In this document: piece after piece, positions 53,017-62,275 of the stretch
Layout of the letters: every line of letters starts with the position of its first letter
Numbering within the stretch: position 1 is the stretch's first letter
Assembly (NCBI GenBank): GCA_050331235.1
Contig: JBHJHA010000011.1
Location: 64,001 to 128,000 of the forward strand
Length of the DNA: 64,000 bases
Origin: Leptolyngbyaceae cyanobacterium
GTDB lineage: Bacteria > Cyanobacteriota > Cyanobacteriia > Phormidesmidales > Phormidesmidaceae
Direction: 5' to 3'
Notes under the pieces: generated by a model
What the model saw: the letters and a program-made list of their open reading frames with translations, nothing else
Databases searched by the model: none
Told to the model about the DNA's origin: nothing
Translations under genes and position numbers: made by a program

Positions 53017-53154
53017 AGGATGCTGTCTCAGCCATCCCTTATCTGGTACCTGTAGTCAGGTCGTATCTGTAAATAGCAGAACCGCAATGTCAGGGGGGGT
53101 GGGCATCAAACCAACCACGCATACCCAAACGTGTTGATTCGCCTGACGGTCTTT

Positions 53155-53192
53155 GTAGGGGCGCACTACCCGCCCGACCCTGGATGCGCCCC
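53155..53192 (+). repeat. GTAG-type REP-like element upstream of the RAYT gene
   Basis: GTAGGGGCGCAC at 53155-53166; its complement arm TGCGCCCC (53185-53192) follows after an 18-nt spacer. Confidence 0.6.
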
Positions 53193-53258
53193 CCCGGCCC
53201 AACGATTCGCAGCAGACTGGTTGGGGAATCCTGGCCTTATTCCCAGTCGCCCATGCCC

Positions 53259-53852
53259 ATGCCATACAATCCCGATAAACACCACCGTCGGTCCATTCGC
53301 CTCCAGGGCTATGACTATTCATCCACCGGGGTCTATTTCATCACCCTCTGCACCTTTCAACGTCAGTGCCTATTCGGAAAGATCATCGACGGCACCATAC
53401 AATTGAATACATTTGGCCAAATCGTTGCAGAGGAATGGCGGCAATCCAGCAGCATCCGGCAGGAAATTGAATTTGGTCAATGGGTCATCATGCCGAACCA
53501 CCTACACGGCATTGTGTTGATTAATCCCGTCGGGGCGCACAACCGGGTAGGGGCGCACGGTCGTGCGCCCCTACGGATGGGAATTGCACACCGCAAACCC
53601 CGATCGCTGTCATCATTCATTGCCGGATTTAAATCTGCCACCACCAAACGCATCAATGCCGCCCGCAATTCGCCCAGAACCCCGGTTTGGCAACGCAACT
53701 ATTACGACCACATCATCCGCAATGAAGCATCACTGCAAAGGATTCAGCAATATATTCAAAACAATCCTGCCACCTGGCAAGATGACCAACTAAATTCGTC
53801 TAATCATCAAAGGTTTAGCAGCCGAGAGGCTGAAAGCGATCATCCACAGTGA
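53259..53852 (+). mobile_element. REP-associated tyrosine transposase (RAYT; IS200-like Y1 HUH nuclease)
   Basis: RRSIRLQGYDYS..G.YFITLCT, MPNHLHGI (HUH), WQRNYYDHIIRN, YIQNNP (catalytic Tyr). Confidence 0.9.
53529..53574 (+). repeat. In-frame REP copies inside the RAYT gene
   Basis: Half copy GTCGGGGCGCAC (53529-53540) plus perfect 13-bp-stem palindrome GTAGGGGCGCACG-GT-CGTGCGCCCCTAC (53547-53574), translated VGAH-NR-VGAHGRAPL. Confidence 0.85.
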
Positions 53853-54009
53853 TCAGTCTGCAACCGAGGCCGGTCATCGCCCACTAACCCTAAGATTTAT
53901 CTCTCAATGATTGGCGAATGCCCAGGTGGGTTGGCAGCTATGCAGTCTTAGGTCAGGATGTGAAACAAGCTCTCAAAAGGCCCCTTCCGCATCATATACA
54001 GGTGTCCCC

Positions 54010-54540
54010 ATGACTCATCATTTTCATAAAATAATTTCGTGGCTAACAGCCATGGTGTTGATGGGGATATCCCTACTCAGCCCGATTTTGTCAACCTCAC
54101 CTGCTCTGGCAGCCATCCGACAGTTAGAAGAGGCCACAGGGCAAATTGTTTATCAGTCGCGTCAGGCAATCTCGGATCAGCATGGCGATCGCTGGCAGGT
54201 AATCGCCTTCAATCGCCTACGCCCGGATGGCAGTAGTCACGTTTATCTACGACTTGTCGGGTTTCCCGGCAGCGTGACTATTGATCGCACCCAACCACTC
54301 CAGTTAATTAGTTCGATGCAGCAGATTTTCACGGTTCAGGATGCATCCAGCCACATCTTTACCAATGAGTCAGCCCCCGAACCCCACATTGGGCAGTATG
54401 ACTTGCAAGCGATCGCGTCACAGTTGCCGACCGCCATACCGATGCAGCTAGTCCTGCCGACCGTGGGTCAAGAGGCCATTGTGCTGGCCCTATCCCCTGG
54501 GCTAATTCAAGAATGGCAAACTGTAGCAACCCATAACTGA
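54010..54540 (+). CDS. DUF3122-like secreted cyanobacterial protein
   Basis: Signal ending PALA, EEA.GQ..YQSRQ...DQ.G..WQ.IAF, LRLVGFPG, GQYDL. Confidence 0.7.
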   Translation: MTHHFHKIISWLTAMVLMGISLLSPILSTSPALAAIRQLEEATGQIVYQSRQAISDQHGDRWQVIAFNRLRPDGSSHVYLRLVGFPGSVTIDRTQPLQLISSMQQIFTVQDASSHIFTNESAPEPHIGQYDLQAIASQLPTAIPMQLVLPTVGQEAIVLALSPGLIQEWQTVATHN

Positions 54541-54666
54541 GCCAGACTGGCAGCCCCCTTCCTATCCCTTAATCCTTAGGGAATAGGGCTGAACGCTCAT
54601 CACAGCAAATGTAATGTTGGCGAGTCACGATACCCCGCCCTTCTATCGATACAACTGTAGGCAGCT

Positions 54667-55380
54667 ATGGATACGAAAGCACTTTTAGCCCGGTATCAAG
54701 CCGGCGATCGCGATTTCTCTCAACTCAAGCTGTTAGAAATTGAATTGCTCCAGCTCATGTTCAACCAGGCAAATTTCAGTCACTCTGACCTGCGCCAGTC
54801 ACGACTAGGGCGCACCCGTTTCATCCAGGCTAACTTTGAGCAAAGCGATTTGAGCGAAGCGCTCTTGTGGGGCAGCAACTTGAGTGAGGCCAATTTAGTG
54901 CAAGTCCGGTTGCGAGAGGCCGATTTGAGCGGTGCGGTCTTGACTAAGGCTAATCTGACCGAGGCCCATCTGCTAAAGGCAAGTCTCAATGGCACTAACT
55001 TCAGAGGGGCCAACCTGTCCGGAGCCTGCCTTATCGAAGCGGATTTGCGATCGGCGGCGGATCAGCAAACTAACTTGCAAGGGGCCAATCTACAACGAGC
55101 CAATCTCAGCTATAGCAAACTGAACGGAGCCAATCTGCAACGGGCTGATTTGTCCCATGCGATCCTCTGTCGCGCTCACCTGAGTATTGATTATCGGCCT
55201 GGAGCAGTGCCCACTGACCTCAGCAAGACCAATTTGCAGGGGGCTGATTTAAGCTACGCCGACCTAAGCGGCGCGAATCTAGCCGAGGCCAATCTGCAAG
55301 GGGCCGACTTGACTGGAACAATATTGAGCCAGGCAAACCTGCGCCATACCGTCATGCCAGATGGTAAGCGCCACGATTAG
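54667..55380 (+). CDS. Pentapeptide repeat protein
   Basis: LLARYQAGDRDFS, many ANL/ADL repeats, MPDG terminus. Confidence 0.92.
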   Translation: MDTKALLARYQAGDRDFSQLKLLEIELLQLMFNQANFSHSDLRQSRLGRTRFIQANFEQSDLSEALLWGSNLSEANLVQVRLREADLSGAVLTKANLTEAHLLKASLNGTNFRGANLSGACLIEADLRSAADQQTNLQGANLQRANLSYSKLNGANLQRADLSHAILCRAHLSIDYRPGAVPTDLSKTNLQGADLSYADLSGANLAEANLQGADLTGTILSQANLRHTVMPDGKRHD

Positions 55381-55728
55381 CGTTCCTGGCTGCATCCACC
55401 GTAGGACGACCTGAGATGCAGTAAAGCTTTCTCTTGATTCCCCTAGGCAAGGGGATCTCATGGCTAAGACCTGTCAGGGCAACATCCAGTGGGCATTCTG
55501 GCGATCGCTGGTAGCGGGTCGCCCAGCAGAGCTACAGGCTAAGTGATGAGCCTCAGCTTCTGAGCTTTACAACGTGGTGATGGAACGTTTGCCACATCAG
55601 CAACCGAGCAACTTTTATACAAGGAGCCACTTGATCAAGGATGAGCTCGAGCCGGCTAGCAATGTAGTTTCCCATGACAAGGGACGGCGACAGCCAGGGG
55701 AGCGCCGCCACAATTTTTGAACCTAGGG

Positions 55729-56799
55729 CTATCGCACCTCATTTCTGGTGGCTTCGGCATCGATGGGACGCATCCAATAAAGCCTTAGCAAATCGCCCAC
55801 AGTGCCGGCAATGAGAGAGGCTTTACGGAGAAATTTCCACAGCTTAGGAGCTGAACCTTGCGCCATGTCTTTGAGCTTCAAATTCCGCTCTGCACAGCGA
55901 TCAAGACGCCGAAAAAATTCGGGATGATCGACGTTGAGGATGACCGGAAACGCCCGGACCGAAGTACTGTTCGTCTCTCGCACGACGGCTCGATCGAACT
56001 CAGTTGCATTTAGCCCCAGCATCTCGTAGAAGTCGGTCCGCTCATGAACCGTCAAGCTGTGGGTGGCAAACACTGACAACAGGAAAAATCGGCTCCAGAG
56101 GCGAGACTGCCAGGTATTCCACATGTGGGATTGCGATCGCAACAGCGCTTTGAAGATGTCGCCATGGCGGTTTTCATCCTGACACCAGCTCTCAAAGTAA
56201 TTGAACAGCGGATAAAAGCGGTTTTCAGGATGCTGTTCTAGATGTCGGTGAATCAGGATATAGCGCCAGTAGCCAATTTTCTCGGAAAGATAGACCGCGT
56301 AGATAACCCACTCCACCGGGAAAAAGGTGTAAGTGCGCCTTTTCGTCAGCTTGGCCAAATCTAGCGAAAGGCCAAAATCTGCCATAGCTTTATTCAGAAA
56401 TCCTGCGTGACGAGCTTCATCACGGGCCATAAGTGAGAAAATTTCCGCGAGGAGGGGATTGCGACCCTTCAGTTTACGAGATAGCTCTTTGAATAGGAGA
56501 AAACCCGAAAACTCTGAGACGCAGGAGCGCTCTAGATAATCAATGAACGCCTGACGCTCTTTACCTTGGATGGCGTCCCAGTTGCCTTGAAAGGATTCGT
56601 CTCGCACAAAGTGATCGCGGTTGTAGTCAGCCCGCATTTCTGCCAGCATCGCCTCGAGGTCGACTTCTCCAGCTGACAGGTCTAGACTTGCCGCTTTTTC
56701 AAAGTCAGTTGTGTAAAAGCGAGGGGTGAGAAGAGTCTCTTCAACCGCAGATTTTGAGCTCGATACCGACTTTGCAGATGATGACGCAGTACTGACCAT
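55729..56799 (-). CDS. acsF: Mg-protoporphyrin IX monomethyl ester oxidative cyclase, ChlAII/AcsF2 (low-oxygen) type
   Basis: ETLLTPRFYTTDF, EFSGFLL, DEARHAG, LSEKIGYWRY, DENRHGD; the EWVIY and FATHSLTV segments resemble ChlAII rather than ChlAI as I recall them; SD GGAGG before ATG 56799. Confidence 0.92.
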   Translation of the reverse strand: MVSTASSSAKSVSSSKSAVEETLLTPRFYTTDFEKAASLDLSAGEVDLEAMLAEMRADYNRDHFVRDESFQGNWDAIQGKERQAFIDYLERSCVSEFSGFLLFKELSRKLKGRNPLLAEIFSLMARDEARHAGFLNKAMADFGLSLDLAKLTKRRTYTFFPVEWVIYAVYLSEKIGYWRYILIHRHLEQHPENRFYPLFNYFESWCQDENRHGDIFKALLRSQSHMWNTWQSRLWSRFFLLSVFATHSLTVHERTDFYEMLGLNATEFDRAVVRETNSTSVRAFPVILNVDHPEFFRRLDRCAERNLKLKDMAQGSAPKLWKFLRKASLIAGTVGDLLRLYWMRPIDAEATRNEVR

Positions 56800-56822
56800 G
56801 CAGTCCTCCAAGCGAAATAGCT

Positions 56823-56844
56823 TTGATAACCAAACGGCTATCAA
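56823..56844. promoter_or_regulatory. Palindrome TTGATAACC-AAAC-GGCTATCAA just upstream of acsF
   Basis: 9-bp arms with one mismatch, between an extended -10 on the minus strand (TGATATAGT, 56863-56855) and the SD. Confidence 0.5.
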
Positions 56845-57056
56845 CTAGAAACAGACTATATCACTTTGGCCCCTAGGCGCGATCGCCCCTTTAAAGCTTC
56901 AGCTACGCAAACGGACCTAATCTGCCATCGCTGGGGCTATCAAAAGGTCTATTTTGAAGATTTAGAGACTTTTCAAAAAGTTTCTTCATCCTGCCATACC
57001 CAGTCCTTCTCGCCTGAGCAAGATATGAAGTTTTGACAACAAAAGCCATCATGAGG

Positions 57057-57080
57057 TTTCATAACCGTAGAGTAATGAAA
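57057..57080. promoter_or_regulatory. Palindrome TTTCATAACC-GTAG-AGTAATGAAA upstream of the FabX-like gene
   Basis: 10-bp arms with two mismatches; shares ATAACC-N4 with 56823-56844. Confidence 0.45.
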
Positions 57081-57267
57081 GCAATATCCCCAGCTAGCGA
57101 ATTCGACTTGCAGGCTATAAGCAGGCTGTCCTCAAGTGCTGCGGCTGTCTACTCTCCCAGTCGGTTTAGCCACACTCCGGGCCCACGGGGTGCATCCCGT
57201 GGTTGCCCTGCCAACCGCAAATGCGTCTGACAAATTCACTCTAAACCTTTCATTTAATCTTGCCCCT

Positions 57268-58371
57268 ATGACATCACTACCGGCATTGAAAATTGGTCAA
57301 CACACGGCTCGCTATCCCATCATCCAGGGAGGGATGGGCATCCGCATTTCAGGGGCGAGCTTAGCCGCTGCCGTCGCCAATGCGGGCGGCATTGGGATTA
57401 TCTCGGCAATAGGGTTGGGGCTGAGATCGCCCTATTTCGATCCGTTAGAACCCAGCCCCAAAAAGCGCCACGAAAACCTTCTAGAAGCTAACCGTTTAGC
57501 GCTGATTGACGAGCTCCAGAAGGCTCGAAAAATTAGCCCTCACGGCATTATTGGGATCAATGCGATGGTGGCCGCTCACGGCTACGAAACGCTCGTAAAA
57601 ACTGCGGCCCAGCATGGCGCAGATTTGATCATTTCCGGCGCAGGGCTACCGCTACCGCTGCCAGGGCTGACCGCCGAATTTCCTTCTGTCGCGCTGGTGC
57701 CGATTGTCTCTAGCGTGCGCACCGCCAGAATCATTTGTCAGAAGTGGCAGCGTCAGCACGATCGCTTACCGGATGGGATCGTGGTCGAAAATCCTCGCTC
57801 TGCTGGCGGGCATCTTGGGGCAAAGGTTGATCAGTTGGAAGACGAGACTTTAAACGCCTCAACTGTTATTCCCAACCTGGTTAGTTATCTCCAGCAAGAC
57901 CTGAAAGTCGATATCCCCATCGTCGCCGCTGGCGGCGTCTGGGATCATGCCGACATTTTGCAAGCCCTAGCTTTAGGAGCGAGCGGTGTACAAATCGGCA
58001 CGCGGTTCATTACGACTGAGGAATGCGACGCCGATCGCCGCTATAAGGAATTTCATTTACAAGCGCAGCCTGAGGATGTCGTACTGGTCTCCAGTCCTGT
58101 GGGACTGCCGGGGAGAGCCTTGCGTAATCCCTTCGTAGACAAGCTCTTGGCCCAGGACGCTGAAATCACCCAGGAGCCCTGCCTGGCAAACTGCTTAAAA
58201 GCCTGTCAGTATCGCGATCGGCGCGAAACCTACTGCATTTTGCGGGCCTTGGATCAGGCATCACAGGGTGAAATTGAGTCAGGGCTCATTTTTGCCGGTA
58301 GCAACGCCGGTCAAGCCAAGCGCATTCTACCCGTTGCGGAGCTCATGGCGGAATTAACGCTCTCTTCGTAA
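57268..58371 (+). CDS. Nitronate monooxygenase / FabK-superfamily flavoprotein, FabX/UfaA-like with [4Fe-4S] cysteines
   Basis: LKIGQHTARYPIIQGGMG, SGAGLP, AGGHLG, AAGGVWD, GASGVQIGTRF, SPVGLPGRA, C-terminal CLANCLKAC...YCI; start set at MTSLPAL. Confidence 0.85.
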   Translation: MTSLPALKIGQHTARYPIIQGGMGIRISGASLAAAVANAGGIGIISAIGLGLRSPYFDPLEPSPKKRHENLLEANRLALIDELQKARKISPHGIIGINAMVAAHGYETLVKTAAQHGADLIISGAGLPLPLPGLTAEFPSVALVPIVSSVRTARIICQKWQRQHDRLPDGIVVENPRSAGGHLGAKVDQLEDETLNASTVIPNLVSYLQQDLKVDIPIVAAGGVWDHADILQALALGASGVQIGTRFITTEECDADRRYKEFHLQAQPEDVVLVSSPVGLPGRALRNPFVDKLLAQDAEITQEPCLANCLKACQYRDRRETYCILRALDQASQGEIESGLIFAGSNAGQAKRILPVAELMAELTLSS

Positions 58372-58377
58372 ACGGAG

Positions 58378-59019
58378 TTGACGATGATATTTTCTACGCC
58401 TCCGGCCGAACCGGGGTCAGCGCTGCCAGCGATCCCCGCTGACCATCTCAACCTCATGGGATACGTTGATCGCTCAGAGGTAAATGGGCCTGGCTATCGC
58501 GCCGTCGTCTGGGTGCAAGGGTGCCGGCGGGCCTGCCCGGGTTGTTTCAATCCTGAATCTTGGTCTTTTGCGCCCAATCAGATTGGGCCTGTTGACAACA
58601 TCCTTGCCCGCATCTTGTCTGAACCCCGCAACGACGGGGTGACTTTTTCCGGCGGGGAACCGTTTTGGCAAGCTCCGGCGTTAGCTAAAATTGCTCGGTG
58701 GGTCAGGCAGCAAGGACTCACTGTCATGTCGTTTACTGGCTTCACTTTGGAGCAATTGCGGGCAAAAGCGGCCCCCGCAGGAACCAACGCCTTGTTAGCA
58801 GAGTTAGACGTCTTAATCGACGGCCCCTACGTAGAGTCATTGGCGATTCATGATCCAACTTCGCCAGTTTCCTCTAAAAATCAGCACGTGAATGTGTTCA
58901 ACCCGGATCTAAAAGACCGCATCACTTGGGCCAGCGATCAGGTAGAGGTGCATATCCTAAAGGATGGTAGCCGCATTGTGACAGGGTATCGAGGAAGTCT
59001 AAAGGATGGGCAGCAATGA
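58378..59019 (+). CDS. NrdG-like small radical SAM protein
   Basis: VNGPGYRAVVWVQGCRRACPGCFNP (CxxxCxxC), GVTFSGGEPF, DVLIDGPY. Confidence 0.88.
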   Translation: MTMIFSTPPAEPGSALPAIPADHLNLMGYVDRSEVNGPGYRAVVWVQGCRRACPGCFNPESWSFAPNQIGPVDNILARILSEPRNDGVTFSGGEPFWQAPALAKIARWVRQQGLTVMSFTGFTLEQLRAKAAPAGTNALLAELDVLIDGPYVESLAIHDPTSPVSSKNQHVNVFNPDLKDRITWASDQVEVHILKDGSRIVTGYRGSLKDGQQ

Positions 59020-59047
59020 CGTTGGTCACGATCAGTTCTCTCAGGGC

Positions 59048-59611
59048 ATGAGCAATACTCACCCCTGGCAAACCCGCGATCGCATCCTGCAGCTTCAGAC
59101 TCGATGGTTCACGCTGATCGGTGAGCATCTGGAGACAACGCCGGGCACTGTCCTGGAATATTGGCGGATCGAAAAGGTGGATTCTGTGATTGTGCTGCCA
59201 ATTTGGCGGCAGCAGTTAATTTTGCCAGTTGCGACCTATCGGCCCGGCGTGGGCAAGTCCACCCTAGATTTTCCTGGCGGACGATGCCCCGAAGACCAGC
59301 GTCCGGCTCAGGCGGCGATATCCATCTTGCAGCGAGAGTTAGGCGTTGTTGAAAACGCCATCGATCATCTGGTGCCGCTCAACTCAGCCGGATGGGCGGT
59401 GAACAGTTCGTTTTCTAACCAGCGGCTCTACGGCTTTGTAGCGCATTTACAGTCCGCCAGTGACATCCCTGAAGCCGGCATCGAAACGACCTATCCGGCA
59501 GACTCTCAGGGCATCCGGTCATTGCTGCAGGTGCTGGAATGTTTGCAATGCCGGTTAGTGCTCCGAGAATGGCAGGCACGATATTTAGAAAAGGAACCGT
59601 CAGTAGACTAA
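59048..59611 (+). CDS. Nudix-fold protein with degenerate Nudix box
   Basis: YRPGVG..TLDFPGG...AA...L.RELG; start uncertain (59006 or 59048). Confidence 0.7.
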   Translation: MSNTHPWQTRDRILQLQTRWFTLIGEHLETTPGTVLEYWRIEKVDSVIVLPIWRQQLILPVATYRPGVGKSTLDFPGGRCPEDQRPAQAAISILQRELGVVENAIDHLVPLNSAGWAVNSSFSNQRLYGFVAHLQSASDIPEAGIETTYPADSQGIRSLLQVLECLQCRLVLREWQARYLEKEPSVD

Positions 59612-59649
59612 ACGGCCCATGCTCCAGGTTCACCGGGTACAGGCAGGCT

Positions 59650-61038
59650 CTAAACGACCTCAAAGCCTGCTGATTTCCAAGCGCTCATACCACCTAAGAC
59701 GTTGATCACCTCAGCCCAATTTTGCTGCTGAAGCAAACTTGCTGCTACCGATGCCCGGTATCCGCTACCACACACCACTGCGACCGGGCGCTCTTTGGGG
59801 ACTTCATCCAATCGCTTCGGCAGCTCCGCCCCGGTAATGTGAATCGCATTTTCAATGTGTCCGGCATTCCATTCCCCAATCTGACGCACATCTAGCGTCA
59901 GCAAATCAGTATTGCGCTGCTGCTGTTCTCGCAGGGTGTGTACCGTCCACTGGGTCAGCAGCGCCAGCTCTTTTGCCGCAACTCGCCAAGCCATCATGCC
60001 CCCCGCTAACCAGCCCTGGGGCAAATCGTAGCCAATTCGCAGCAACTGCCAGCAAACCTCCCAAAGGTCTTGAGGGCGCTCCAGCACCAAAATTAGCGGC
60101 GTATCTGGTGGCAGCACGGAACCAGCCCAGGTAGCAAAGGATGAACCAAGCCCCACATTCACGGCCCCGGGAATATGATTTGAAAAGGCTTCGGGCGATC
60201 GACAGTCCAACACAATTGCCCCCTGCTGTCGCCATTGGTCAAACTGACTCACGGTTAGCGGGGAGGGATCGGTAAGGACTCCGAGTAACGAGGGCCCTTG
60301 CTGATTAGCCTGACGCATACGGGGCCAATAGGGCGGCACGGCAGGCAGCTCAGACAGATCCATACACTGCTGGGTAAATTCGTCTTGGGCCGCAAGATTT
60401 GCCAGCATTTTGTTCATGCGGCGCTCGTAGCCAATCGTGGTGGAGAGGCGACTGCCAATGCTACCGCCGCAAAGCGAACCGGCCACATGGGTGGGGTACA
60501 CCTGCACATAATCTGGCAGCTTGAGAATTTTCTCTTGCAGGGTGTGACACAGCTGTCCGGCGTGCTTGCGAATGTCGTCTTCTGAACCGAGCAGATCGGG
60601 ACGGCCCACGTCATCCACTAATAGAGCGCCCCCAGACAGCAGCAGCACGGGTTCTTCTCCGCGATCGCGATCGGTGACCAGCCAGCTCATATGCTCTGGC
60701 GTGTGTCCTGGGGTTTGTAGCGCTTCAAAAACAATTTCCCCCATTTCTAGGCGATCGCCATCACTCATGGCGCGAATGGGATAGTCCAAGTCGGCCCGAG
60801 CACTGCCGATGAGCTGAACGTTGCCTCGCTCTGGCAGTTCACAGATCCCTGTGAGGTAGTCATTATGCTGGTGTGTATCCGCTGCATATCGAATCTGCAT
60901 CCCCTGAGCTTGGGCCGTTTCAAAGTAGATATCGACATCGCGGCGCACATCCAGGACTAGCGCTTCGCCAGTTGTTTCTGATCCCACAAAGTAGGAAGCG
61001 TGGCCTAAGCTTTCGAGATAGAACTGTTTAAAGAACAT
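59650..61038 (-). CDS. MBL-fold + tandem rhodanese protein (CstB-like persulfide dioxygenase-sulfurtransferase architecture)
   Basis: LGHASY, DTHQHNDY, TPGHTPEH, VGRPDL, PTHVAGSLCG, C-terminal rhodanese VCGSGYRA and GGMSAW; start set at MFFKQF. Confidence 0.88.
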   Translation of the reverse strand: MFFKQFYLESLGHASYFVGSETTGEALVLDVRRDVDIYFETAQAQGMQIRYAADTHQHNDYLTGICELPERGNVQLIGSARADLDYPIRAMSDGDRLEMGEIVFEALQTPGHTPEHMSWLVTDRDRGEEPVLLLSGGALLVDDVGRPDLLGSEDDIRKHAGQLCHTLQEKILKLPDYVQVYPTHVAGSLCGGSIGSRLSTTIGYERRMNKMLANLAAQDEFTQQCMDLSELPAVPPYWPRMRQANQQGPSLLGVLTDPSPLTVSQFDQWRQQGAIVLDCRSPEAFSNHIPGAVNVGLGSSFATWAGSVLPPDTPLILVLERPQDLWEVCWQLLRIGYDLPQGWLAGGMMAWRVAAKELALLTQWTVHTLREQQQRNTDLLTLDVRQIGEWNAGHIENAIHITGAELPKRLDEVPKERPVAVVCGSGYRASVAASLLQQQNWAEVINVLGGMSAWKSAGFEVV

Positions 61039-61140
61039 GGTTGCGTCCCAAATATCGCAAGAAAATTGTTCCAGCATGACCGGGGCAGAGAGTTGGCGCA
61101 GCATCAGAGACAGGCACAGTCTGAACCCACGGTCGTGTAG

Positions 61141-61602
61141 CTATGCTGATGGTTCGGTCTTGGAATGGTGCTCGATGTAGTGCACAAAGAACTGCTTCAT
61201 CTGAGGATGGGCATCGCAGTCAAAGCCGTTTTCCTGGCCTTTTGCCATCGCTGCTTCAGCACCCATATTGTTCCGCGTTGCCATATATATCGGCGCCATG
61301 GCCCCCGATCTCATGCCACTTTTACAGTGCGTCAGGGTAGGTTTCGGCAGTTCATCTAAGGTCTGCATCACCTGGTCAGCCAATTCCTCCGTCATGTCGC
61401 TAGGGTTGACCGGAATATTTTCGTAGGTCATTCCAGCCTGTTCAACCTGTGTCGGTTCATCAGACAAAGTGCCCGTTTCCTGGGGCGATCGCAAATTCAA
61501 GACCGATTGAAATCCAGCATTGGCCACCTGCTGAATCTGCTCGGGGCTGAGTTGACAGTCGGCAACGGCAATATCAGCGCTCAGGGATTTAACAAAGCTC
61601 AT
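61141..61602 (-). CDS. DUF442 / PTP-like sulfurtransferase
   Basis: GFQSVLNLRSPQE, Y.NIPV, HCKSGMRS loop; start set at MSFVKS. Confidence 0.82.
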   Translation of the reverse strand: MSFVKSLSADIAVADCQLSPEQIQQVANAGFQSVLNLRSPQETGTLSDEPTQVEQAGMTYENIPVNPSDMTEELADQVMQTLDELPKPTLTHCKSGMRSGAMAPIYMATRNNMGAEAAMAKGQENGFDCDAHPQMKQFFVHYIEHHSKTEPSA

Positions 61603-62275
61603 AGTTTTCTTGAGTTGATTCAATACATTCTTTTGTCTCTGCAATCAGCACATGGGCTAAAACTCAGTGCTGTCCTCACCTGTGGGAGCCCCAGAAGCTT
61701 TGCTGGCAAGCAAAACAAACCAAGGCGTCCATCATGATTCAAAGCTTGACGTGACTATCTGACAGGCCTCCTCATCGGAATAATCGGCAATTTTGCCACC
61801 GTTCAGAAACCGCAAAGTTTTTACCGAAAAAATCTCAGGACCATAGACAGCTCTCACAATCAATGACGTTGGCGCCAAAGTAGTCAACATCGCCTCAGCA
61901 ACTAGGTTTAAGGGTCTACCGACGCGGGCCTTTTAACTTCCAGCAAAAGGAAGAGCAGTGTTTGCAACCTAGGACAGATACCTGTTTTATTGCGATCGCC
62001 CGTTAGCCCGTCATCAGTTTCCTGAGCCGTAGTATTCGTCAGGTATTTTGCCTTGGAAGCCAATGTAGTTATAGATGTTGCAAAACAGCAATGGGGATTA
62101 GGAACTCCACGAAAGTGAGCATAAATACAAACGAACTGGGAGCGCGGCGGCGGCTTCATAAAGGATGACGCCAAGGGGAAAATGATTTCTGGGAAAATCA
62201 CAAACCCTAAACAATAACTACTGATGCTGCAGGTAGTGTAAGGCCAGCCAGCAACTCAGGACCGAGAGAGCAACT

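Noticed and set aside
61908..62201. 97-aa ORF between tauE and the DUF442 gene
   Set aside because: Weak start, no family resemblance; treated as intergenic
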